A stretch of DNA of 27,697 nt from a virus (Duplodnaviria > Caudoviricetes). Shown here in pieces: positions 8,444-17,724 of the stretch. Both the position numbers and the translations under genes were made by a program. How positions within the stretch are numbered: the first letter of the stretch is position 1; each line of letters starts with the position of its first letter. Under the pieces are notes generated by a model. That model did no database searches. It was not told where the DNA came from and saw only the letters and a list, made by a program, of their open reading frames with translations. Location of the stretch: positions 1 to 27,697 of the IMG/VR virus record IMGVR_UViG_3300010052_000009; one strand, written 5' to 3'.

Positions 8444-8452
8444 GGACCCACC

Positions 8453-9259
8453 ATGAACGAGGATGACAACCTGAACCCGGATTCCGGCGCTGAAGTGCTG
8501 GAAAATGGAAAACCGTCTGAGGTCACCGCCAAGGCAGCAGCCGAGGCCACGACCAATAAGGACGAGACTGCTTCCCCCGACACAGGGGCGAAGGACGAAC
8601 GCGACGCTGGCGGTGATGAGCCTGCCGGCGAGAGGAAGAGCAAACCCGGCTCCGCGAAGCTCAAGGAGAAGGTTCAAAGGCTGGAAGCCGAGATTGCGCA
8701 GTTGCGCTCGGCCAAGCCTGCGGCCGAACCCGCAGCCATCCCGAAGCTGGAAGATTTCGAGTTCGACACCGACAGGTACGAAGCCGCCAAGGCCGTCTAT
8801 GCCGCTCAGCAGGTTGCGGAGCGCATCCAGGCCAAGGCTGCGGAAGACCGCGTCGGCTCTCTCGAAAACGAGCGCGCAGCGGCAATCCTCGGAGCCCATG
8901 AGGCCCGCATTGCCGAAGCCAAGGAACGGCTACCCGAGTTCGATGCAGCACTGGCGAAGGCGAAAGCCATCCCTGTGACGCAGGACGTGAACCGGGCCGT
9001 TCTGGAAAGCGACAAGTCAGCTCTTCTTCTGCATCACCTGTCGTCCCGACCCGATGAAGTCGCGGCCCTGAACCAGATGACGCCCGTGCAGCTCGCCCGG
9101 CGCATCGGCCAGATCGAAGCCCGTCTGTCCTACCCCACCGCGCGAACCCAATCGAACGCACCGCCCCCTGTTGGCGGCCTGCGAGGCGGGTCTGCGCCGA
9201 ATTTCGACCCTGCGACGGCGTCCCACGAGGAAATGAAGGCGCTGTTCGCCCGTAAATAG
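8453..9259 (+). CDS. capsid scaffolding protein
   Basis: Acidic disordered N-terminus, coiled coil, PKLEDF, ARRIGQIEARL, SNAPPPV; immediately before coat gene. Confidence 0.88.
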   Translation: MNEDDNLNPDSGAEVLENGKPSEVTAKAAAEATTNKDETASPDTGAKDERDAGGDEPAGERKSKPGSAKLKEKVQRLEAEIAQLRSAKPAAEPAAIPKLEDFEFDTDRYEAAKAVYAAQQVAERIQAKAAEDRVGSLENERAAAILGAHEARIAEAKERLPEFDAALAKAKAIPVTQDVNRAVLESDKSALLLHHLSSRPDEVAALNQMTPVQLARRIGQIEARLSYPTARTQSNAPPPVGGLRGGSAPNFDPATASHEEMKALFARK

Positions 9260-9270
9260 GGCTTACGAAA

Positions 9271-10515
9271 ATGGCAGATACTGTTCTTACCGCCTCGGTT
9301 ATCGCCAAGGCGGCGCTCGCGATTCTGGACAACGAACTGGACGTGCTCGGCACGTTCTATCGCGCCCCGGAAGCCGAGTTCGACAAGTCCGTCAACGGCT
9401 ATACGATCGGTGATACCGTTTCGATCCGCCGCCCGGCAGACTTCACCGTCCGCAACACGATCACCGCCTCCGCGCAGGACGTGATCGAGGGCAAGACCAC
9501 GCTCACCATCGATCAGGTGCGCGGCGTGGACTTCGACTTCACCTCCACCGACCTCACCCTGAACATCAAGGATCTGGGGGAGCGCGTGATCAAGCCGGCG
9601 GTGATCAACATCGTCAACGAGATCGCCCGCGACTGCCTGACCGAGATGTACAAGGGCGCATACAACTGGGTCGGCACGCCCGGCCAGGTCGTGAACTCGT
9701 TCACCGACTTCGCCAAGGCGCCCGAGCGCATGGACGAGATGGCGATCCCGACCGACATGCGCTACGCCGCGCTCAACCCTGGTGATTTCTGGGGCCTGAC
9801 CGGCTCGCAAACCTCGCTCTACATCCAGGGCGCGGCCAACTCGGCCTACCGCGACGGTTCGCTGGGTCGCATCGGCGGTATCGAGACGCTCATGACGCAG
9901 GTCATGCCGTCCCATACTGTCGGCGTCGCCACTGGCACTCCGCGCGTCAACGGCGCTTCGCAGAACGTCACCTATGACACCGCGAAGAACTCGTGGTCGC
10001 AGAGCCTGATCACGGACGGCTGGACGAACTCGGTCACCGGCATTCTGAAGGCTGGCGACGTGTTCACCATCGCCAACGTGAAGATGGTCAACCCGAAGAC
10101 GAAGGCGGCTCTCCCGATCGATCAGCAGTTCGTCGTGCTGGCGGACGCCAACTCGGGCGCCTCCACCGGCCCGTCCACGCTGACGATCTCCCCGCCGATC
10201 ATCACCTCGGGTCCGTATCAGACTGTCAACTCCGTCCCGGCGGATGACGCGCTGATCACCGTCCTCGGCACTGGCGGCACCAGCTATCGCCAGTCGCTGG
10301 CCTACCACAAGAACGCCTTCGCCCTGGCGATGGTGCCGATGGTGTCGCCTCCGGGCGCGGTTGATGTCGGTCGCGAGTCGCGCAACGGCATCAGCATCCG
10401 CGTGATCCCCGGCTACGACCACACCAACGACAAGACCACCTGGCGCATGGACGCACTCTATGGGCGCAAGCTCATCGATCCGCGTCTCATCACCCGCATG
10501 TCCGGCACCCCGTAA
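9271..10515 (+). CDS. major capsid protein, P22 coat (gp5) family
   Basis: GDTVSIRRP, F.FTS.DLTL.I, LKAGDVFTIANV..VNP, TLTISPPII, LAYHKNAFALAMVPM, RMDALYG; strongly biased codon usage. Confidence 0.95.
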   Translation: MADTVLTASVIAKAALAILDNELDVLGTFYRAPEAEFDKSVNGYTIGDTVSIRRPADFTVRNTITASAQDVIEGKTTLTIDQVRGVDFDFTSTDLTLNIKDLGERVIKPAVINIVNEIARDCLTEMYKGAYNWVGTPGQVVNSFTDFAKAPERMDEMAIPTDMRYAALNPGDFWGLTGSQTSLYIQGAANSAYRDGSLGRIGGIETLMTQVMPSHTVGVATGTPRVNGASQNVTYDTAKNSWSQSLITDGWTNSVTGILKAGDVFTIANVKMVNPKTKAALPIDQQFVVLADANSGASTGPSTLTISPPIITSGPYQTVNSVPADDALITVLGTGGTSYRQSLAYHKNAFALAMVPMVSPPGAVDVGRESRNGISIRVIPGYDHTNDKTTWRMDALYGRKLIDPRLITRMSGTP

Positions 10516-10536
10516 GGGGCGGCCTGACCCAACAAC

Positions 10537-10570
10537 GAGGCTCGCCAGCAATGGCGGGCCTCTCTTCGTT
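10537..10570 (+). terminator. hairpin/terminator after coat gene
   Basis: GAGGCTCGCCA-gcaa-TGGCGGGCCTC (GNRA loop) followed by TCTTCGTT. Confidence 0.65.
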
Positions 10571-10581
10571 CGGGGTGCGCG

Positions 10582-10935
10582 ATGGCGAAAACCAAAGCCC
10601 AGATCATCGAGCAGGCTCTGTTCGAAATTCAGGCCGTTGAAGGCGGCTCGAATGCCTCGGCAGAAGACACGAACGTCTTCGATCTCAACGCCGTCGCTGA
10701 GTATGTGGCGGGGAAGCGCATCGTTGACCTGACGACCTACGTTTCGACCGACGATCTGCCGGACGCCTACTTCTTCCCCTTCGCCCTGATGGCCGCAGCC
10801 AAGTACGCGCGCGGCTTCGGGCTCTCGCAGGATCAGCAGGACGCTCTAGAGGCGCGAGCGATTGCTGACCTCCGCGTCATCACCGATCGCGTTCGGCCCA
10901 TCCGCCGCATGCAGTTTGAGCGGATGACCTACTGA
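10582..10935 (+). CDS. head-to-tail adaptor (P22 gp4-like)
   Basis: KTKAQIIEQAL.EI N-terminus, helical, 117 aa, between coat and gp10-like gene. Confidence 0.7.
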   Translation: MAKTKAQIIEQALFEIQAVEGGSNASAEDTNVFDLNAVAEYVAGKRIVDLTTYVSTDDLPDAYFFPFALMAAAKYARGFGLSQDQQDALEARAIADLRVITDRVRPIRRMQFERMTY

Positions 10936-10936
10936 C

Positions 10937-12349
10937 ATGGTCGCCGTCCCGTTCCCGACCTCCTCCGCCAAGGGTCGCCTTGCGGAGAGCGGAGGGCGTT
11001 TAGTCAACGCGTACTCCGAAAAGCTGGGAGACGGCCGGATCAAGCTCAGCCGTGTGCCGGGCGTTCGTTCGATCGTGGAAGCGATCACCGGCTCGCACTG
11101 CCGGGGCGCCATCGAGATCAACGGGATAGTTCTGGCCGCGCTCGATGAGCGTCTGGTGACGATCACCGAGAGCGGCGGAACGTTCACTGTCAACGATATC
11201 GGCGCCTTCGCCGGCACTGAGACGGTCTATTTCGCCAGAAACAACAAGAGCCCCACGCCTGACATCGTCGCGGTGACGGACGGCACGGCCTTCGTGGTCA
11301 ACACGACGACCGGCGCCTCGACCTATCCCGATTCCGATGTCGGCTCTCCTAATTCGGTCTGCTTCCTCGGCGGCTATTTCATCTTCAGCTACGGCAACGC
11401 TCGCATGCGGGCGTCCGGCCTGAACGATACGACCATCAACACGCTGGATACCGCCTTTGCGGAGAGCAAGCCTGACGGCCTCCTGCGGGTCGTGGCGCTT
11501 GGCAGCAACCTCTACGCCTGCGGGCCTCAGACCATCGAAATCTGGCGCAACACGGGCAACCCCACGGCCTTCCCGTTCTCGTATCTCGACACGATCCCGC
11601 GCGGCATTGCGAGTGCTGATGCGATTGCGGGCTTCGAAAACGACTGGTCGAACGTCCTGATCTTCGCCGGCAGCGACAATGTCGTCTACCGGATCAATGG
11701 GCCGTCCGCTGAACCGATCTCCAATCCCTCGGTCAGCAAGGACTTGGAGCGGCTTGCGGACAAGAGCGGCTTGCGGGCCGTGGTCTACAGCCACGAAGGG
11801 CATTCGGTCTGGAGCCTGTCCTGCGCTGACTGGTCGTGGTGCTACGACGTGGCCACGGGCTCGTGGTTCGAACGCAAGAGCTACGGCCGGAACAGCTTTC
11901 GTGTCTCGGCCTCGGTGAAATGCTTCGGCGCCTGGGTCATGGGCGACAGCCTGACCGGCAAGTTCGGCGTCGTCGATCCTGACTATGGGTTTGAGTTTGG
12001 CGACCCGCTCGCGCTGCGGATCACGTCCCCGACCATGTCGGGCTTTCCGTCTCGCGCAGTGATGTCGCGGCTTGATCTCGACATCATGAGCGGCGTGGGT
12101 TCGGCGGCTGGTGCTGACCCCATCGAAACGGCGCCTCGGGTGCGCATGTCGGTGTCTCGCGATGGCGGGGTAACGTTCGGGCCGTATCGCGAGCGCGAGA
12201 TCGGCCGGCAGGGCAAATACCGGCAGGGCGTGCGCTTCAATCGGCTGGGAACGGCCTCTGCCAAGGGCGCTCAGATCCAGCTCGACTACAGCGACCCGCC
12301 GCCGTTCACGCTGTTCTCTGGCAATCTCGTGGTGGAGCCTCGGGGCTGA
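10937..12349 (+). CDS. tail hub / DNA stabilisation protein (P22 gp10-like)
   Basis: 470 aa beta-rich; FLGGYFIF, AESKPD, TIEIW.NTG, YSHEGH, YDVATGSWFER, SRDGG.TFG, IGRQGKY..V.FNRLG. Confidence 0.9.
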   Translation: MVAVPFPTSSAKGRLAESGGRLVNAYSEKLGDGRIKLSRVPGVRSIVEAITGSHCRGAIEINGIVLAALDERLVTITESGGTFTVNDIGAFAGTETVYFARNNKSPTPDIVAVTDGTAFVVNTTTGASTYPDSDVGSPNSVCFLGGYFIFSYGNARMRASGLNDTTINTLDTAFAESKPDGLLRVVALGSNLYACGPQTIEIWRNTGNPTAFPFSYLDTIPRGIASADAIAGFENDWSNVLIFAGSDNVVYRINGPSAEPISNPSVSKDLERLADKSGLRAVVYSHEGHSVWSLSCADWSWCYDVATGSWFERKSYGRNSFRVSASVKCFGAWVMGDSLTGKFGVVDPDYGFEFGDPLALRITSPTMSGFPSRAVMSRLDLDIMSGVGSAAGADPIETAPRVRMSVSRDGGVTFGPYREREIGRQGKYRQGVRFNRLGTASAKGAQIQLDYSDPPPFTLFSGNLVVEPRG

Positions 12350-12651
12350 TGGCGGCCTCTCTCGCCACGCTTCCGGGGTATGCCGACTTTGCTGTCAGGC
12401 AGACCAAGGAAGGGCTCGTTCTCAGTGACGGACATTACGCCTTCCTGAAGAGCATCGTCGCAGTCATCGCGGATCGCGACGCGCAGATCGCAGACCTTCA
12501 GGCTCGCACAGAGCTTGTCGTGAAGACCGGAGCGCCGGCCGTGGGCGACGTCCCCGCAGGCCAGTTCCGCATCATCAAGAACACAACCGGGCCGACCTAC
12601 AGCCTCGTCGTCAATGACGGCGGGACGCTGAAGTCGGTCGCGCTGACTTAG
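12349..12651 (+). CDS. small tail protein (position of P22 gp26 needle)
   Basis: TGATG coupling; short coiled coil then beta-rich C-terminus; function from synteny only. Confidence 0.5.
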   Translation: MAASLATLPGYADFAVRQTKEGLVLSDGHYAFLKSIVAVIADRDAQIADLQARTELVVKTGAPAVGDVPAGQFRIIKNTTGPTYSLVVNDGGTLKSVALT

Positions 12652-12660
12652 GAGGCGAGC

Positions 12661-13359
12661 GTGGCTTCAGCCAAAGGAGCAAGTACGGCGGCGCTCTGGG
12701 GTTCCGAGCGCCTCGGCCAGAACGAAGAGCGCGTTCTTGGCGAACTCGGTGCGGGCTACAACGCCGCGCAGGGCTATCTCGGCTCGGCAGGTGACCTCTA
12801 CAAGGGGATGACGGCTGCCGGTCAGCCCGGCCTCGACAAGTACAACGCGCTGACGCTCGGCTCTGGCGCCGATATCCAGAACGCGCTGGAAGGCACGGCA
12901 GGCTACCAGTTCAACATGGATCAGGGCTTGCAGGCGCTCCAGCGGTCGCGTGCGGCTCAGGGCATGCTTGGTTCCGGCAATACCGACACCGACACGCTGG
13001 CTTTTGCTCAGGGCCTCGCCGGCAACCAGCTGGCGGCCGAGCGTGCGGCGCTTCAGCCCTACCTCGGCATGTACACGGGCGGAATTCAAGGTCAGGCGGG
13101 CGTCCTCGGCCAGCAGGCAGGCACCGCGACGGATTACTGGAACAGCCGGGCCGGCGTCATGGACGACACGACGAAGAGCATCGTGGGCCTCGGCACGCAG
13201 GCTCTCGTCGCAGGCGATCAGGCCAAGAGCCAGAACCAGGCCAACATGATCAATATCGGTACGGGCCTGCTCAAGGGCGTCACCAGTCTGGCGACGGGCG
13301 GCCTTGGTGGTGGCCTTGGCGGTATCGGCGGCGGCGCCTTGAAGCTGTTCGGAGGCTGA
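12661..13359 (+). CDS. DNA ejection protein (gp7-like)
   Basis: Strong SD AGGAGG, GTG start; G/A/Q-rich; GYQF..DQG..ALQRS.AA.G.LGSG motif. Confidence 0.85.
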   Translation: MASAKGASTAALWGSERLGQNEERVLGELGAGYNAAQGYLGSAGDLYKGMTAAGQPGLDKYNALTLGSGADIQNALEGTAGYQFNMDQGLQALQRSRAAQGMLGSGNTDTDTLAFAQGLAGNQLAAERAALQPYLGMYTGGIQGQAGVLGQQAGTATDYWNSRAGVMDDTTKSIVGLGTQALVAGDQAKSQNQANMINIGTGLLKGVTSLATGGLGGGLGGIGGGALKLFGG

Positions 13360-13362
13360 TCG

Positions 13363-15348
13363 ATGGCTGTCTTCACGCCTCGCCCGCTTCAAATCCCGAA
13401 CATGCGGACGGACTACAGCGCGGAGAACTCTGCGTTCTCCAATCTGGGCCAGACGCTGGGTAATATGCCGTCCGAGTTCCGCAAGGAGCAGCTGAACGCG
13501 CAGAAGCAGCAGATTCTCGGCCAGATTGGCACGGGGAACATGGATTACGACAAGGCCGGGCGTGCACTCATCGCATTGGGTGATACGCAGGCGGGTGCCA
13601 CGCTGCTGACGCTCGGCCAGAAGCAACAGCAGCTCGGCGCGCAGAAGGGGATCGCTGATATCTTCTCTGGTGGCGGTGGGGCGACCCCCTTGGGTTCGAC
13701 GGCTGGCGTGGGGCCGGCCTCGCTCATCCAGAACGAGAGCGGCGGCAACTGGGGGGCGTCTAACAACGCGGTCGGCGCGGGCGGGCAGGTTGGCCATGAT
13801 GGGCGCGCTCAGTTCGGCCGCGCTCGCCTCCAAGAGGCTGCCAACGCCGGGGCAATCCCGCAGGGCGTCTCGCGGGAGGAGTTCCGCAAGTCACCCCAGC
13901 TTCAGAAGCAGGCCGAGAGCTGGCACTTCGGAAACATCGACGACTTCATCCAAACCAACGGCTACGACAAGATGATCGGCCAGAGCATCAACGGTGTGCC
14001 GATCACTGTCGATGGTATGCGTGCGGTTGCCCATCTCGGCGGGAACGGGGGCCTTCGGAAGTTCATCGAGACCGGAGGGAAGTACAACCCCTCCGACGCC
14101 AACGGCACGTCGCTGATGGACTATTTCACGCGCCATGGCGGCAACTCCACCCCGCTGGCACCGCGCACCCAGATCGCCAACCCTGTTGCGCAGCCGCAGC
14201 AGCCCGTGCAGGTTGCGGAGAACGAAGCCGATGTTCAGCGTCTTGAGGCTGCGCAGGCTGCCCGCTCTGCCCCGCCCGCTCAGGTAGCGCAGTCGCCGGA
14301 CCTGCCCCCACAGGGCGCCAACGCCGCCCCGGCGCAGGCGCAGGGCTTCGCCGTCCCCGGCAACATGCTCCCGCCGAACGACCCGTACCCGCGCGTCACG
14401 ACCCAGCAGCTCTACGGCATCCTCCAGAACCCGCAGGCCTCGGACGGCCAGCGCGCCATGGCGAAGTCGATCATCGACAACCGGATGAAATACTCCGACG
14501 AGAACGCGCCCGATAAGCGGGAGATGACGCGGCTTCAGACGGAAAAGCTGCGTCGCGAGGTTGAGGGCGAGGGTGCGACGCCGCTGACGGCTCAGGAGCG
14601 CAAGGATTTCGGCATTGCTGATGGGCAGGCCGCTTACAAGACGCGCTCGGGAGAAATCAAGTTCGGTCCGGCCGGTACGACCATCAAGAACGAAGGCACG
14701 ATCCCTCCAGGTTACCGTGCTGTTCGCGACCCCAACGGCAATCTTGAACGTGTCGAGCCCATCCCCGGCAGCAAGGCCGAGCGGGAAGCCAACGACCTAG
14801 CCGAGAAGAAAACCAAGGCTGATCGTATCAAGGGCGAGGTGGGGACGACGGTCGGCAATGCGCTCGACGACATTGACCGACTGATGAAGTCCGCGACGCT
14901 CCCGACGACTGGTGCAATTGGTTCTCGCTTGGCTTCGATGCCGGGGACCGCTGCTCATGACATCAGTCAGGCCCTCAGCACTGTTGGCGCGAACATCAGC
15001 TTTTCGCAGCTACAGCAGATGCGCGAATCATCTCCTACCGGCGGCGCCCTCGGTAACGTGACCGAAGGCGAGCAGAAGATGCTCCAAAACAGCTTTGCCG
15101 CGCTGTCGCAGAGCCAATCGACGGAGCAATTCAAGACCAATCTTGGCCGGGTGCGAGCGGTATTCGAGCGCATCGTCCATGGCCGAACGCTCACTCCGCA
15201 GGAGCGTAAGACAGGCGGCCCCATGACCATGGAGCGCGCCAAGGGTCTGCGAGAGGAAGCAGCGGCGGCGATTGCTGGCGGTGCTGATCGGGCCGCTGTG
15301 ATGAAGCGGCTGGCTGAAGACTACGGCATCTCAGCGAGTGGCCTCTGA
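13363..15348 (+). CDS. DNA ejection protein (gp20 position) with lysozyme-like domain
   Basis: SD GGAGG; internal LIQNESGG...GRAQFG...AHLGG.GG...DANGTSLMDY; C-terminal GGALGNVTEGE..MLQ. Confidence 0.8.
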   Translation: MAVFTPRPLQIPNMRTDYSAENSAFSNLGQTLGNMPSEFRKEQLNAQKQQILGQIGTGNMDYDKAGRALIALGDTQAGATLLTLGQKQQQLGAQKGIADIFSGGGGATPLGSTAGVGPASLIQNESGGNWGASNNAVGAGGQVGHDGRAQFGRARLQEAANAGAIPQGVSREEFRKSPQLQKQAESWHFGNIDDFIQTNGYDKMIGQSINGVPITVDGMRAVAHLGGNGGLRKFIETGGKYNPSDANGTSLMDYFTRHGGNSTPLAPRTQIANPVAQPQQPVQVAENEADVQRLEAAQAARSAPPAQVAQSPDLPPQGANAAPAQAQGFAVPGNMLPPNDPYPRVTTQQLYGILQNPQASDGQRAMAKSIIDNRMKYSDENAPDKREMTRLQTEKLRREVEGEGATPLTAQERKDFGIADGQAAYKTRSGEIKFGPAGTTIKNEGTIPPGYRAVRDPNGNLERVEPIPGSKAEREANDLAEKKTKADRIKGEVGTTVGNALDDIDRLMKSATLPTTGAIGSRLASMPGTAAHDISQALSTVGANISFSQLQQMRESSPTGGALGNVTEGEQKMLQNSFAALSQSQSTEQFKTNLGRVRAVFERIVHGRTLTPQERKTGGPMTMERAKGLREEAAAAIAGGADRAAVMKRLAEDYGISASGL

Positions 15349-17003
15349 TGGGCGCCTTTGACGACCTGATCCCCAAGGCGAAAGAGCCTCAGACCGAGGC
15401 GCCGGCTGTATCCGCGCCCGGCAGCGCCTTCGCCGATCTCGTTCCCAAGCGCGAGCAGACCGGGAAAGCGATGTCCGCCGCCCGTGGCGCCATGCAAGGT
15501 CTGACGTTCGGCCTCGCTGACGAGAGCTACGGCCTGGTGAAGGGCATCGGCAGCATGGTTTCCGGTGGCGGCTTCGTCGATGGCTACAACAAGGGCGTGG
15601 AGGAGTACCGCGCTCGGGATAGAGTCGCGAAGGAGGACAATCCGATCTCCTCTGTTGCCGGCGAGATCGCAGGCGGCATGGGGACAGGCCTCGGACTCGC
15701 CAAGGGCGGCGTCACGCTCATGCGGCAGGGGATGACATTGCCACAAGCTATGATGGCTGGCGCAGCGGAAGGCGCGGGCTACGGCGCGGCTTACGGTGCC
15801 GGCAATGCCGAAGGAGGACTAGAAGAGCGGTATAAGGGCGCGCGCGATGGCGCGATGACTGGTGCTGGTATCGGCGCGGCGGCGCCGGTTGTTGGTCGAG
15901 CAATCGGCTCCGTTGCCGGTAAGGTTCTAAATCCGGCCGCCATCCCGGCTGAGCGCCAAGCGGCCGTCGATATCCTCGCGAAGGAGGGCGTCCCTCTCAC
16001 CGCCGGGCAGCGTTCAGGGTCTAAGGCGCTTCAGTACGCTGAGAGCTTCTTTGGCGACTCCCCACTGGCCGGTGGCAAGGCGACCCGCGCCATGGAGGCG
16101 CAGGGAGAGGCTTTCACTGATGCGGTCATGCGGAAGGCAGGCGGCGCCGGGCGCGCGACACCTGAGAACGTTCAGGCCAATTTCGACCGCATCGGGAAAC
16201 AGTTCGAGGAGCTTTCTGCTCGCAACACCCTCCAAGCTGACCGGCAGCTCGCTACCGATCTCGGCTCGACCCTCACCAAATATGACCGGCTGCTTCCTTC
16301 CGAGCAGAAGCAGATCATTGGCAACCTAGCCAGCGATATCGTCGAGCGGATCAAGGCCGGCAACGGAACGATGCCCGGCGAGGACTATCAGGCGATCCGC
16401 TCCTGGCTTTCGACGGCTGCACAGGGGGAAGGCAACAAGCACGCCGCCAGCGCCATGAAAGGCATGCGCGACGCTCTCGACAACAACATGATGCGCTCTA
16501 TCTCGCCGGATGACGCCAAGGCTTGGCAGCTTGCCCGGCGCGAGTACGGCAATATCAAGGATATCGCGAGCGCAGCCGGCGGGGCTGGCGAGAATGCCGC
16601 GTCCGGCCTGATCTCGCCGCAGGCGCTACGAGGCGCGACGGCCTCGGGCAAGAACCGAGAGCTTTATGCCCGAGGTCAAGGCGACTTTGCGGAATTGACG
16701 CGCGCCGGCAATCAGGTCATGGCGCCACTGCCGAACAGCGGCACGGCGCAACGCGGTATGTTGGCTGGACAAGCTGGCACGGGCGGCGCTGCGGCTTATG
16801 CAGGCGACCCGCTCATGGCTGGTATCATTGCTTTGGGGCCTGCTGCCGCCGGGCGAATCCTCATGTCTCCGATGGCTCAGGCCTATTTTGGAAACAAGGC
16901 CATCTCGCCGGCTGCTCGTGCTGCGATTGAGGCTCGGCTTACTGCCATGATCCAAGGTGGCGGCCAATCTCAATCGCCGCGCCTGTCAGCGCCTTCACGC
17001 TGA
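15348..17003 (+). CDS. DNA ejection protein (gp16 position)
   Basis: TGATG coupling; MGAFDDLIP, QGLTFGLADE, G/A-rich hydrophobic stretch, GVPLTAGQ, PNSGTAQR. Confidence 0.8.
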   Translation: MGAFDDLIPKAKEPQTEAPAVSAPGSAFADLVPKREQTGKAMSAARGAMQGLTFGLADESYGLVKGIGSMVSGGGFVDGYNKGVEEYRARDRVAKEDNPISSVAGEIAGGMGTGLGLAKGGVTLMRQGMTLPQAMMAGAAEGAGYGAAYGAGNAEGGLEERYKGARDGAMTGAGIGAAAPVVGRAIGSVAGKVLNPAAIPAERQAAVDILAKEGVPLTAGQRSGSKALQYAESFFGDSPLAGGKATRAMEAQGEAFTDAVMRKAGGAGRATPENVQANFDRIGKQFEELSARNTLQADRQLATDLGSTLTKYDRLLPSEQKQIIGNLASDIVERIKAGNGTMPGEDYQAIRSWLSTAAQGEGNKHAASAMKGMRDALDNNMMRSISPDDAKAWQLARREYGNIKDIASAAGGAGENAASGLISPQALRGATASGKNRELYARGQGDFAELTRAGNQVMAPLPNSGTAQRGMLAGQAGTGGAAAYAGDPLMAGIIALGPAAAGRILMSPMAQAYFGNKAISPAARAAIEARLTAMIQGGGQSQSPRLSAPSR

Positions 17004-17173
17004 CGGATGCGGTTATCCCACATCCAGAAAGCGTAGCAGATCGCAATGCCGATCACGACGCCGAAGCCGATGTCCTTGCCGCGCTCTGGAAGGCCGGTGA
17101 CGCCCCAGCGTATCGCCATTCCCAGCGGGATCATGACGGCAAGGAGCAGCGCGATTTGAACGATGCGGATCAA
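16970..17173 (-). CDS. small two-TM membrane protein (moron)
   Basis: Two hydrophobic segments; likely TTG start at 17173 overlapping the lipoprotein stop (TTGA); alternative ATG 17206. Confidence 0.65.
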   Translation of the reverse strand: MIRIVQIALLLAVMIPLGMAIRWGVTGLPERGKDIGFGVVIGIAICYAFWMWDNRIRQREGADRRGD

Positions 17174-17592
17174 AAGCAGGTCACCGAATTGCCGATGCGG
17201 GAACATGTCGTCATACGCGGCGTCGCCATGGCCGTGGCCGCCGCAGCCATCTGCGCGCTGGTATCTCGCGAAGACTCCTGCGAACCGATGCTAGCGTTAA
17301 TCTGAGCGAACTCCAACTCGGCCTGGGCGTCACTGATTTGGCCTTTGTCCTGTTTCTCTGCAATCGCGAGGCGCGATGCCAACCTCAATTGAAGCAGGTC
17401 GTGCTTGTTGTAGATCGCAGCTAGTTTCTGCTCTGCTCCGTTGATGCACCTTGCGAACTCAACCTTCGTCTTGAATGTCTGAGATCGGCAAGCCGCCTTA
17501 GAAGCTTCAACGTCCTCTAGAACCTGTCTCTGCTGCGCTGCCGCACAGCCTGACAACGCCGCCGCCAACCCGATCACGATAAGCGTCTTCAT
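17170..17592 (-). CDS. lipoprotein (140 aa, moron)
   Basis: SD GGAGGG; MKTLIVIGLAAALSGC lipobox; C-terminal TTC.RIGNSVTCF; visibly more AT-rich than flanks. Confidence 0.85.
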   Translation of the reverse strand: MKTLIVIGLAAALSGCAAAQQRQVLEDVEASKAACRSQTFKTKVEFARCINGAEQKLAAIYNKHDLLQLRLASRLAIAEKQDKGQISDAQAELEFAQINASIGSQESSRDTSAQMAAAATAMATPRMTTCSRIGNSVTCF

Positions 17593-17678
17593 TCCACCCT
17601 CCCATTCCCCGCGATCCTGACCTGACGGCTCTGACGAGTCGATAGCATTTCGCGTCCGAAATCTTGGTTTTCCTGCCC

Positions 17679-17712
17679 AAGCCCCGCCCTCACACGGCGG
17701 GGCTTTTCTTTT
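17679..17712 (+). terminator. intrinsic terminator before tail-fibre gene
   Basis: AAGCCCCGCC-ctcacac-GGCGGGGCTT followed by TTCTTTT. Confidence 0.75.
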
Positions 17713-17724
17713 GAGGAACCCCGA

